Source: Candidatus Falkowbacteria bacterium
GTDB lineage: Bacteria > Patescibacteriota > Patescibacteriia > Patescibacteriales > UBA12075
Reading direction: 5' to 3'
Assembly (NCBI GenBank): GCA_003514005.1
Contig: DOSJ01000012.1
Span: forward strand, 26,508 to 90,507
DNA: 64,000 bases
The notes beneath the pieces are model-generated. The model worked only from the letters and a program-made list of their open reading frames with translations, ran no database searches and was not told the DNA's origin. The translations under genes were made by a program, and so were the position numbers. Below are positions 19,777-27,572 of this stretch, one piece after another; position 1 is the first letter of the stretch, and every line of letters begins with the position of its first letter.

Positions 19777-20355
19777 ATGCTTGATATATTGATAAAATCA
19801 AAAATTAGAAAAAAAATACTTTTATTGTTTATCTATAATCCCAAAAATAAATATTATATCAATCAAATTGCCCGTTTGGTGAAAACTTCGTCTGGCACCG
19901 CGTATAGAGAACTAAATGTACTTTTGAAATCGGATATTTTGCTTTGCGAAAAAGAGGCAAATTTAACTTATTACAGGCTTAATCAAATAAACCCTCTACT
20001 AAAAAATATCAAAGAAATTATTAGTCAAACTATTGGTATAGAGATAATGCTAAAAAAAAAGTTAGCAAAAATGAAAGGAATCAATTTTGCTTTTATTTTT
20101 GGATCGTATGCCAAAAATAGTTTTAAATCCGATTCAGATATTGATTTGTATGTAATCGGCGATATTGGCGAAAAAGAATTGTATCGCGAAACCATGTTGC
20201 TCGAAAAAGAAATCAATCATCCGATCAATTATCATTTGTCATCATTGGCGGAATTTAAGCAAAATTTGAAAAAATCTTTTTTTCACCAATCAATTTTAAA
20301 AAATTATATATTTTTAATCGGCAATCAAGATGAATTTAAAAACATTATTAGATAA
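19777..20355 (+). CDS. wHTH plus minimal nucleotidyltransferase (MNT-type antitoxin-like)
   Basis: N-terminal HTH-like segment (YINQIARLVKTSSGTAYRELNVL) and NTase motif FGSYAKNSFKSDSDIDLYVIG. Confidence 0.7.
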   Translation: MLDILIKSKIRKKILLLFIYNPKNKYYINQIARLVKTSSGTAYRELNVLLKSDILLCEKEANLTYYRLNQINPLLKNIKEIISQTIGIEIMLKKKLAKMKGINFAFIFGSYAKNSFKSDSDIDLYVIGDIGEKELYRETMLLEKEINHPINYHLSSLAEFKQNLKKSFFHQSILKNYIFLIGNQDEFKNIIR

Positions 20356-20800
20356 TCTAGAAAAAGAAGGCAAAATAAAAAAACAAATTACGGGCAAGGA
20401 ATTTTTGAATGGTCTTTTATATTCCGCCAAGGCAAATTTTTTGGCCGCAGAATTCAATCTTGAGCACGGATTTCCCGATACGGCATTCAAATCAGCCTAT
20501 GATGGCATATTGCAGGTATCCAGGGTGATTATTTTTGTAAACGGCTATCGTCCAGATGACGGCGAACAGCATAAAACGACGCTGTTGGTTGCCGGCGCAT
20601 ATTTGGGTGATGGTTTTAATGATTTGATTGGCAAATTGGACCGTTATCGAATAAAAAGGAATAAGGCTGTTTACCAACCGATTGATTTTATTTCAAAAAA
20701 TGAAGTTATTGGTATATTGGAATCTGCCCATGAATATTGGTGCATTGCCAAGAAATATCTAAAAGAAAAAAATGGACAGCTTGAATTATTTGATTTTTGA
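20330..20800 (+). CDS. HEPN-domain protein (toxin-like partner of MNT)
   Basis: Overlaps the MNT gene by 26 nt. Helical protein with DRYRIKRNKAVYQ where the HEPN Rx4-6H motif would be; the histidine position is Y here. Confidence 0.6.
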   Translation: MNLKTLLDNLEKEGKIKKQITGKEFLNGLLYSAKANFLAAEFNLEHGFPDTAFKSAYDGILQVSRVIIFVNGYRPDDGEQHKTTLLVAGAYLGDGFNDLIGKLDRYRIKRNKAVYQPIDFISKNEVIGILESAHEYWCIAKKYLKEKNGQLELFDF

Positions 20801-20829
20801 ATTTTTACTTAATTTTATATTCCAATCTT

Positions 20830-20919
20830 ATGCAATTCAAAACAAAACTCCTCGCCATCATCCTTTCCGTTGTTTTTACGGCTGGGGGTGTTTTTATTGT
20901 TGTGTGTAGCTTAAAATAA
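20830..20919 (+). pseudogene. Remnant of the 5' end of a DUF1566-type gene (29 codons)
   Basis: MQFKTKLLAIILSVVFTAGGVFIVVCSLK* is near-identical at the DNA level to the first ~23 codons and the upstream leader of the gene at 22204. Confidence 0.7.
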
Positions 20920-20950
20920 AAATTGTTTTTTAGTTATATTTAATAAAGTA

Positions 20951-20978
20951 TTGACAAAAGTTACATTAAATGTATAAT
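20951..20978 (+). promoter_or_regulatory. Candidate promoter TTGACAAAA-type (TTGACA-16-TATAAT)
   Basis: TTGACA at 20951-20956 and TATAAT at 20973-20978, upstream of the ATPase gene at 21017. Confidence 0.5.
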
Positions 20979-21016
20979 TAGTTATATCTATTTATACATA
21001 TAATGTAAAAAAAGTT

Positions 21017-22183
21017 ATGAAAAGACATCTTGACTACAATATTAGTCAACATTTTAATAAATATAAGCAAGTATTAGTATTGCTTGGGTCTAGGCAGGTT
21101 GGTAAAACAACGATTGTAAAAAAAATTTTCCCAAAAGCTGATTATTTTTTGGTTGATAATGAGCCGGTTAAAAGAATATTGGAAACATACGATATTGAAG
21201 CGTATAAAACTTTGATTAATCAAAATGCCAAAACGATAATTATTGACGAGATTCAGCTTTTGACTGACCCTGGTCGGGCAATAAAGATAATCTACGACCA
21301 AATAAAAGACATCAAAATCATAATTACTGGCTCCTCGTCATTCCATATCAAAAATAAAACCGGCGAAAGTTTGGCAGGAAGAAAAATCGATTATAAAATA
21401 TATCCTTTGACTTTCTCGGAATATTTACAGCAAAAAGGTATAGAAAAAGAATTAAATTATAATATTTTTGAAAATATTTCCAAAGAAAATAGAATTAGCT
21501 CTGATCATTTATATCGCTTTGATATTAAAAATATTCTCGAAAGCGTTCTTATATATGGTTTGTATCCGCATTTGATTGAAAATTCCAATGACGAAAAATA
21601 TCTTATGAATTTTGTCGATAGTTTGATTTTTAAAGATATTTTGGAACTAAATTTGATTGAAGATAAAAAACTGGCTGCTGACTTACTGAAAATATTGGCA
21701 TTTCAAATCGGAAACCTGATCAATTATTCCGAACTAGCCGGAAACCTTGGCGCTGATAAACGTACAATCAAGCGCTATATAGAAATTTTTGAACAAAGCT
21801 TTATATTGTTTCGTCTTTATCCTTATTCCAAAAATAAGCGCGATGAAATATCCAAGTCTCCCAAGATTTATTTTTTTGATACCGGTATTCGCAACGCCTT
21901 AATCGGAGATTTTTCCAGCTTGGAAATCAGAACCGACAAAGGCGCGTTATTTGAGAATTTTATTGTTACCGAAGCAATCAAGCAAAATGAATATTTGGAT
22001 GAAAAATTCAAGCCATACTATTGGCGCACAAAACAAGGTTCCGAAATCGACCTTGTATTGGAAAAGGGGAAGATTTTGATCGGAATAGAGCTGAAATATC
22101 GGCGTAAAGCGGCAAACGCGGCATTTAAAAATCGCTATCCCAAGTCCAATATAGTCATGATGACTTCTGATAATTTTTATTAA
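21017..22183 (+). CDS. AAA-family ATPase with DUF4143-like C-terminal domain (paralog 1)
   Basis: Walker A LLGSRQVGKTT and Walker B IIIDEIQ. Conserved C-terminal PKIYFFDTGIRN...YYWRTKQGSEIDLV. Confidence 0.8.
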   Translation: MKRHLDYNISQHFNKYKQVLVLLGSRQVGKTTIVKKIFPKADYFLVDNEPVKRILETYDIEAYKTLINQNAKTIIIDEIQLLTDPGRAIKIIYDQIKDIKIIITGSSSFHIKNKTGESLAGRKIDYKIYPLTFSEYLQQKGIEKELNYNIFENISKENRISSDHLYRFDIKNILESVLIYGLYPHLIENSNDEKYLMNFVDSLIFKDILELNLIEDKKLAADLLKILAFQIGNLINYSELAGNLGADKRTIKRYIEIFEQSFILFRLYPYSKNKRDEISKSPKIYFFDTGIRNALIGDFSSLEIRTDKGALFENFIVTEAIKQNEYLDEKFKPYYWRTKQGSEIDLVLEKGKILIGIELKYRRKAANAAFKNRYPKSNIVMMTSDNFY

Positions 22184-22203
22184 TTTTTATATTCCAAACC
22201 CTT

Positions 22204-23052
22204 ATGCCAATCAAAACAAAACTCCTCGCCATCATCCTTTCCGTCGTTTTTACGGCTGGGGGTGTTTTTATTATTTCTCGCGCCGGCACGCTAAATCCGA
22301 GCGTTGCCCCCGGCGACACCATGAAGACGCTGGAAGACATTTATTGTCTGGCGACAGGCTGTACGCCGGCTGTTTACGAACTGGATTCGCCGGGGGCGCC
22401 AGGCGAGACTATGCATGACTTGCAGGATATTTATGATGCCGTAGATGCTTTGGCAAATGGTATCGACTACTCCCTGCAAAAAAACCAAATCTGGGATGAC
22501 TGGAAAGGCTCGGCTGTCGCTACTTCCGCCAGTTTATCGCTGGCCTATACTGCCGCGGTTGACCAAAACTTGGAAGAAGGCGAATGGGCAAGTACAACAG
22601 ATACGGATTTGACCGCAACAACGATTGCCTCTGGAGTGGTTAAAAAAGATTTGCGGACGGGACTGTTCTGGTCTGACTGCTATTCGGCTGCGGTTGACGG
22701 TACTTGTGATACGCGCACAAACAGCTTTACTCTAAATGGCACAGTCGATGATGCCGACGACGGTCTGGACGCCGAAGGCGGATTATCAGTTGATTTTTGT
22801 GAAGCACTGGCGCTTGATGCTGATGGCGACGGCACAGACGAAACCGATTGGTATTTACCAAGTCAAAAAGAATTAATACAAGTCTATATTAACGGCGCCG
22901 CAAACAATATTCCCTCTCCCGCCAACAACTTCTGGTCCAGTACCGAGCTCTATACTAGCACGGCTAACGCTTGGTACGTCTACTTGGCCTTCGGCTACAC
23001 GCTCAACGTCGGTAAGACGAATAACTCCTACGCGCGTTGCGTCCGTCGTTAG
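22204..23052 (+). CDS. Membrane-anchored DUF1566 (Lcl C-terminal, C-type-lectin-like) protein
   Basis: N-terminal TM LLAIILSVVFTAGGVFIIS. C-terminal DWYLPSQKELIQVY...FWSSTE...AWYVYLAFGYTLNVGKTNNSYARCVRR. Confidence 0.75.
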   Translation: MPIKTKLLAIILSVVFTAGGVFIISRAGTLNPSVAPGDTMKTLEDIYCLATGCTPAVYELDSPGAPGETMHDLQDIYDAVDALANGIDYSLQKNQIWDDWKGSAVATSASLSLAYTAAVDQNLEEGEWASTTDTDLTATTIASGVVKKDLRTGLFWSDCYSAAVDGTCDTRTNSFTLNGTVDDADDGLDAEGGLSVDFCEALALDADGDGTDETDWYLPSQKELIQVYINGAANNIPSPANNFWSSTELYTSTANAWYVYLAFGYTLNVGKTNNSYARCVRR

Positions 23053-23055
23053 TTG

Positions 23056-23186
23056 TCTGAACCACTGATTAGCGCTGATTTACGCATGATTTCGCTGAGT
23101 TTTGTTTACAGAATCAGTGTAATCAGTGTTAATCTGTGAAAATCATCCTACGCCAAAGCTACGGATGACGGGTCAGCGGTTCAGAC
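23056..23186. repeat. 14-bp inverted repeat (gtctgaaccactga / tcagcggttcagac) enclosing word repeats and a catcctacgccaa palindrome
   Basis: The arms at 23056-23069 and 23173-23186 differ at one position. The interior contains aatcagtgt words and atcatcctacgccaaagctacggatgac. Confidence 0.6.
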
Positions 23187-23208
23187 AAATAAATCAGACA
23201 AATAAATC

Positions 23209-23282
23209 TTGACAAAATTCCAAAAACAGCTTATATTATTATTGTGCAATCCATTGCACAATAATATAATAATTTGTGCAAT
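23209..23282 (+). promoter_or_regulatory. Candidate promoter (TTGACA-17-TATATT) overlapped by a palindromic operator-like site
   Basis: TTGACA at 23209-23214 and TATATT at 23232-23237. Perfect 13-bp arms attattgtgcaat/attgcacaataat at 23238-23265, with a third ttgtgcaat half-site at 23274-23282. Confidence 0.5.
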
Positions 23283-23288
23283 GTATTT

Positions 23289-24599
23289 ATGAATAAGAAT
23301 ATAATCAAACAAGTACTGCTTGAACAAAAAACTGAGATAAACACGATTTTGCAAGAAAAGATTATTGTTCGTGACAAGGAGAATGTTGTCAAAAGCGCCA
23401 TGTCAAATCGGCTGATCAAGGTAATAATCGGAGTGCGACGCTCGGGCAAATCCATGCTGGCGCATAAAATTTTGACAAACAAAGTTTATGCCTATATAAA
23501 TTTTGATGACGAGCGTTTTATTGGGGCAAAAACCGGTGATTTGAATGATTTTCTCGAAGTACTGAAAGAAATTGAGCCACAGGCAAAAACATTATTGCTG
23601 GACGAGGCACAAAATATTAGTGGCTGGGAGCTGTTTGCAAACCGTTTGAAACGTTTCGGCTACAATATCATTATAACAGGATCCAACGCTCGTTTGCTGT
23701 CTCGTGAGTTAGCAACGCATTTGACAGGCAGACATGTAACGATTGAGCTTTATCCTTTTTCATTCAAAGAATTTATTTTGCAATGCGGATACCAATTTCA
23801 GGCTGACGATTTTTTTATAACAGAAAAAAAAGCCGCGTTAAAAAAATATCTGGAAAAATATTTGGAACAAGGCGGTTTTCCCGAGCTTTTTCAGATTGAA
23901 AATAAAAATCAGTACTTGCGTGATTTGTATGACAAAATAATTAGCAGAGACATTACGCCTCGACATAATGTTAAATATGTCAAGGATTTGAAGGAGATAG
24001 CACTTTATCTATTTTCAAATTTTGGGTCGCGCTATACTTATCAAAAACTTAGCCGAGCTTTTGGAATCAAAAGCGTACATACGATAAAAAATTATATCAG
24101 TTATCTGGAGGAAGCCTATCTTTTATTCGAGCTAATGCCTTTCTCTTTCAAGGCCAAACAACAGATCAACGCTCCAAAAAAGATCTATGCTATTGATACT
24201 GGTATGATAAATGCCATTGCATTGCAAAACTCTGCCAATTTTGGCCGGCTTATGGAAAACGCGGTTTTTTTGGAGCTAAAACGTCGCGGACATGAAATAT
24301 ATTATTACAGCGATGCTTTGGGCAGAGAAACCGATTTTGTAATCAAGCAAGGCAGAAAAATTTTGCAGCTTATCCAGGTATGCAAAGAAATGGAAAATTT
24401 GGAAACCAGAGAAAGAGAAATAAAATCAATTTTGCAAGCGAGTGAAAATTTGAAATGCTCCGAACTTTTGATTATTACCGCGCTAGAAGAAGACGAGCTT
24501 ATAATCGGCAAAAACAAGATAAAACTAATACCTCTCTGGAAATGGTTGTTGTCAGAGCCTTTGATTGACGCATTTACCGCTTTACACAAAAACATTTGA
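23289..24599 (+). CDS. AAA-family ATPase with DUF4143-like domain (paralog 2)
   Basis: Walker A GVRRSGKSM and Walker B LLLDEAQ. C-terminal KKIYAIDTGMIN...RETDFVI. The start is taken at the second ATG (MNKNIIKQ). Confidence 0.8.
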   Translation: MNKNIIKQVLLEQKTEINTILQEKIIVRDKENVVKSAMSNRLIKVIIGVRRSGKSMLAHKILTNKVYAYINFDDERFIGAKTGDLNDFLEVLKEIEPQAKTLLLDEAQNISGWELFANRLKRFGYNIIITGSNARLLSRELATHLTGRHVTIELYPFSFKEFILQCGYQFQADDFFITEKKAALKKYLEKYLEQGGFPELFQIENKNQYLRDLYDKIISRDITPRHNVKYVKDLKEIALYLFSNFGSRYTYQKLSRAFGIKSVHTIKNYISYLEEAYLLFELMPFSFKAKQQINAPKKIYAIDTGMINAIALQNSANFGRLMENAVFLELKRRGHEIYYYSDALGRETDFVIKQGRKILQLIQVCKEMENLETREREIKSILQASENLKCSELLIITALEEDELIIGKNKIKLIPLWKWLLSEPLIDAFTALHKNI

Positions 24600-24680
24600 A
24601 TTTATCAAGCATCTTTACCGAATAGTAAAAATAAGACGTATTTGCCTATAATCTACTCTAGAATAAATTGCTAAATAGAC

Positions 24681-24709
24681 TTGACAAAATATTCTAAATA
24701 GTATATGAT
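24681..24709 (+). promoter_or_regulatory. Candidate promoter (TTGACA-17-TATGAT) only 6 nt from the ATG, implying a leaderless mRNA
   Basis: TTGACA at 24681-24686, TATGAT at 24704-24709, ATG at 24716. Confidence 0.5.
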
Positions 24710-24715
24710 TTTTTT

Positions 24716-25876
24716 ATGACATATATAAAAAGAGAAATAGAAAATGAGATCAAGACTTTGGCTAAAGAATTTCCAATTTTGGCTATTTTGGGTCCGAGAC
24801 AATCAGGAAAAACAACCTTGGCTAAGCACCTGTTCCCGGATTATGCTTATATTTCTTTAGAGAATATAGATATGCGTGAATTCGCCGACAGCGATCCTCG
24901 CGGTTTTTTTGATAAATATTCCGAGAACATAATTATCGACGAAATTCAAAGGGTGCCAACCTTGTTTTCTTATTTGCAGACGCATTCTGATAGTCAGAAA
25001 AAAGCCGGAAAGTTCGTTATTACCGGTTCGCAAAATTATCTCTTGCTTGAAAAAGTATCACAGTCTTTAGCAGGCAGAGTTGGCCTTGTCACATTGTTGC
25101 CTTTTTCTTTGAATGAAATAGAAAAAATTCATCAAATTAAAAATCCCGCGGATATTATTTTTAACGGCGCTTATCCTCGTTTGTATAATCAAAGGATAAG
25201 ACCGGCGGTTTTTTACGACTCTTATGTTAATACTTATTTGGAAAAAGATGTCAGACAGATTACTAATATAAAAAATTTTGATATTTTCAGAAAATTCTTG
25301 GTAGTAATAGCCGGCAGAAGCGGACAAATTTTGAATGTTAGCGCAATCGCCGCGGAATGCGGCTTATCTCGGTCTACAATCGAAGAGTGGCTGAATATCC
25401 TGGAGGCTTCATTTATTATTTATCGTTTGAGACCGTTCCATAAAAACTATAAAAAACAAGTGATAAAATCGCCAAAAATATTTTTTTATGATACTGGGAT
25501 AGTCTGCAGTTTGTTGGGAATCACCAGCGTCGAGCAGACGGAAAATCATTATCTGAAAGGAAATATTTTTGAGACTTTTATTATTAGTGAACTGATAAAA
25601 AATAATTATAATCATGCGAAACTCCAGAAATTTTTTTATTGGCGGGATAGCAAAGGCAGAGAAATCGATTTGATTATTGAAGATAATCTTGATATTAGTG
25701 GCATTGAGATTAAATCCTCAAAAACAATAGCAAATTCTTTTTTTGAAAATTTAAATTATTGGAGTGCTTTGGATAAAGGAAAAATAAAAAAATATTTAGT
25801 ATATTCCGGCGAAGAAACATATACAAGGGATTCGACAAAAATTATAAATTGGCAAAAATTAAAAACTATAGGCTAA
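24716..25876 (+). CDS. AAA-family ATPase with DUF4143-like domain (paralog 3)
   Basis: Walker A LGPRQSGKTT and Walker B IIIDEIQ. C-terminal PKIFFYDTGIVC...FYWRDSKGREIDLI. Confidence 0.8.
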   Translation: MTYIKREIENEIKTLAKEFPILAILGPRQSGKTTLAKHLFPDYAYISLENIDMREFADSDPRGFFDKYSENIIIDEIQRVPTLFSYLQTHSDSQKKAGKFVITGSQNYLLLEKVSQSLAGRVGLVTLLPFSLNEIEKIHQIKNPADIIFNGAYPRLYNQRIRPAVFYDSYVNTYLEKDVRQITNIKNFDIFRKFLVVIAGRSGQILNVSAIAAECGLSRSTIEEWLNILEASFIIYRLRPFHKNYKKQVIKSPKIFFYDTGIVCSLLGITSVEQTENHYLKGNIFETFIISELIKNNYNHAKLQKFFYWRDSKGREIDLIIEDNLDISGIEIKSSKTIANSFFENLNYWSALDKGKIKKYLVYSGEETYTRDSTKIINWQKLKTIG

Positions 25877-25910
25877 TTCATTTACGTAATCAGTGTATGA
25901 TACAGTAAGA

Positions 25911-27572
25911 ATGAACAATAAAAAAAATAAATTAAAAATCTTTATTTTTTTGGCTATATTTGCATTTATGATTGCAATTGGTTTTTATTTTTTGTATTCC
26001 AAGAAAAACGCCGTTAATTTTTCATTGGAACAGCCAAATGTTTATACGGATGCTCTGAAAATCACTGCCGGATCGGTCGAGCTCTTGATTAAGCCATTGG
26101 ACGCCGTCGCGGCTACTCCGGAAACAGACGGCGCGGAAACTGTTTACAAGGACACTTACGCCAAAACCGATATTCGGCAGAGGATTGATAATTATCTGAT
26201 AAAAGAAGATATTGTTTTGAAAGAGGCGGGGCACCCGGCTGAGTTTCGTTTTGCGATCAGCGCGGACGGACTTGTCGCGCAGGCAGAGGCGAACGGTGAT
26301 TTGGGTTTTTATTCTATCGAAAATAAAACGCGCGAAATGAACGAGCCGCATCCGTTGGATAGGATATTTACGATTCCGGCGGCGTTTTTGATTGATGCCA
26401 AGGGCATAAAAAGTTCGGTACGCGATGTTAGCATGGCATATGTCGACGGTGTTTTGACCTTCAAACCGGATTCGGCTTGGCTGGCCGCGCATCCGTATCC
26501 GATTGTCCTGGATCCGTCGGTTGAGATCAGTATTCTAAATCTGTATTCGCACCCGATAGAGGGTGACGATTGGATAGTCAGCTTTACGACCAGTGGTAAG
26601 GCAGATCTGTTGATCAGTCCGAACGATGCCGTGACAATCGCTGATGACGAGTTTGTATCGCTTTGGTGCGGTAACAAACAAATCCAGCCGCAGATTTTGG
26701 CAGGCGATGGAATATTTTTCAAGGATTGGGAATGTTTAGAAATCAGCAAGGTAATCCATAACACAAAAACGGCAGGGGACCATACGCTCAAATTCCAATT
26801 TGGGGGCGAGATCGCTTATGCTTATAATCATTTCACAGGCGACCGGCGTTATGCTTGGGGCGAAAATACGGGTTGGATTAATGCCAGCTCAACACACGAA
26901 ACCCTAACCGTAACGGACGCCGGTATTACCGGTTATGCCTGGGGCGAGAATATCGGCTGGCTCAAATTTGACTACGACGGTGTTGCCGGCGCGACCAATA
27001 CGACAGCGGACGATTGGGGCGTTGTGAATGATGGCAACGGCAATCTGGCCGGCTATGCCTGGGGCGAGAATATCGGCTGGCTCAATTTTGATTCTGCCCA
27101 TTCACAGGTAGTAATCAATCGCGATTCCGGCGATTTTGGCGGTTATGCCTGGGGCGAGAATATCGGCTGGGTAAATTTTCAACATACGCTTTCAAATTAT
27201 GTAGTTCGCAATTTGGACACACCTGCTGTCGTCACCTATCCGGCTGGCGCAATCGGCTCGCAGTCGGTTATGGCGCGCGGTCAAGCTTGGCGGCGCGGCG
27301 CCGATATTACCGAACGTGGCTTCAAATACGGCCTCTCTGAAACCGATACTTGGACCAAGAGCGAAAGTGGCAATTTTAAATCAGGCGATTTTGAGTTGCT
27401 TTTGGAAAACCTGACCCCCGGCACAGCCTACTATGTCCGCGCCTATGCTACTAATTCCGAAGGGACGGTTTACGGCGCATACGTTTTGTTTTCGGCCGAG
27501 AGTACGCACAAAGGCAGTCCAATCATATTCAAACGCGGAACGATATTGAAGGAGCAAATTATTTTGAAGTAA
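25911..27572 (+). CDS. Membrane-anchored/secreted protein with four YAWGENxGW(I/L/V)NF repeats and a C-terminal FN3-like domain
   Basis: N-terminal TM IFIFLAIFAFMIAIGFYFLY. Repeats RRYAWGENTGWINA, GYAWGENIGWLKF, GYAWGENIGWLNF, GYAWGENIGWVNF. Near-identical ~40-bp DNA repeats. Confidence 0.75.
   Translation: MNNKKNKLKIFIFLAIFAFMIAIGFYFLYSKKNAVNFSLEQPNVYTDALKITAGSVELLIKPLDAVAATPETDGAETVYKDTYAKTDIRQRIDNYLIKEDIVLKEAGHPAEFRFAISADGLVAQAEANGDLGFYSIENKTREMNEPHPLDRIFTIPAAFLIDAKGIKSSVRDVSMAYVDGVLTFKPDSAWLAAHPYPIVLDPSVEISILNLYSHPIEGDDWIVSFTTSGKADLLISPNDAVTIADDEFVSLWCGNKQIQPQILAGDGIFFKDWECLEISKVIHNTKTAGDHTLKFQFGGEIAYAYNHFTGDRRYAWGENTGWINASSTHETLTVTDAGITGYAWGENIGWLKFDYDGVAGATNTTADDWGVVNDGNGNLAGYAWGENIGWLNFDSAHSQVVINRDSGDFGGYAWGENIGWVNFQHTLSNYVVRNLDTPAVVTYPAGAIGSQSVMARGQAWRRGADITERGFKYGLSETDTWTKSESGNFKSGDFELLLENLTPGTAYYVRAYATNSEGTVYGAYVLFSAESTHKGSPIIFKRGTILKEQIILK

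Noticed and set aside
22204-23052. DUF1566 (C-type-lectin-like) protein as a third DGR target
   Set aside because: Its 3' region has no similarity to the TR, and the ttgggtttccgtcc 3' core occurs only at the three sites in 61-64 kb.
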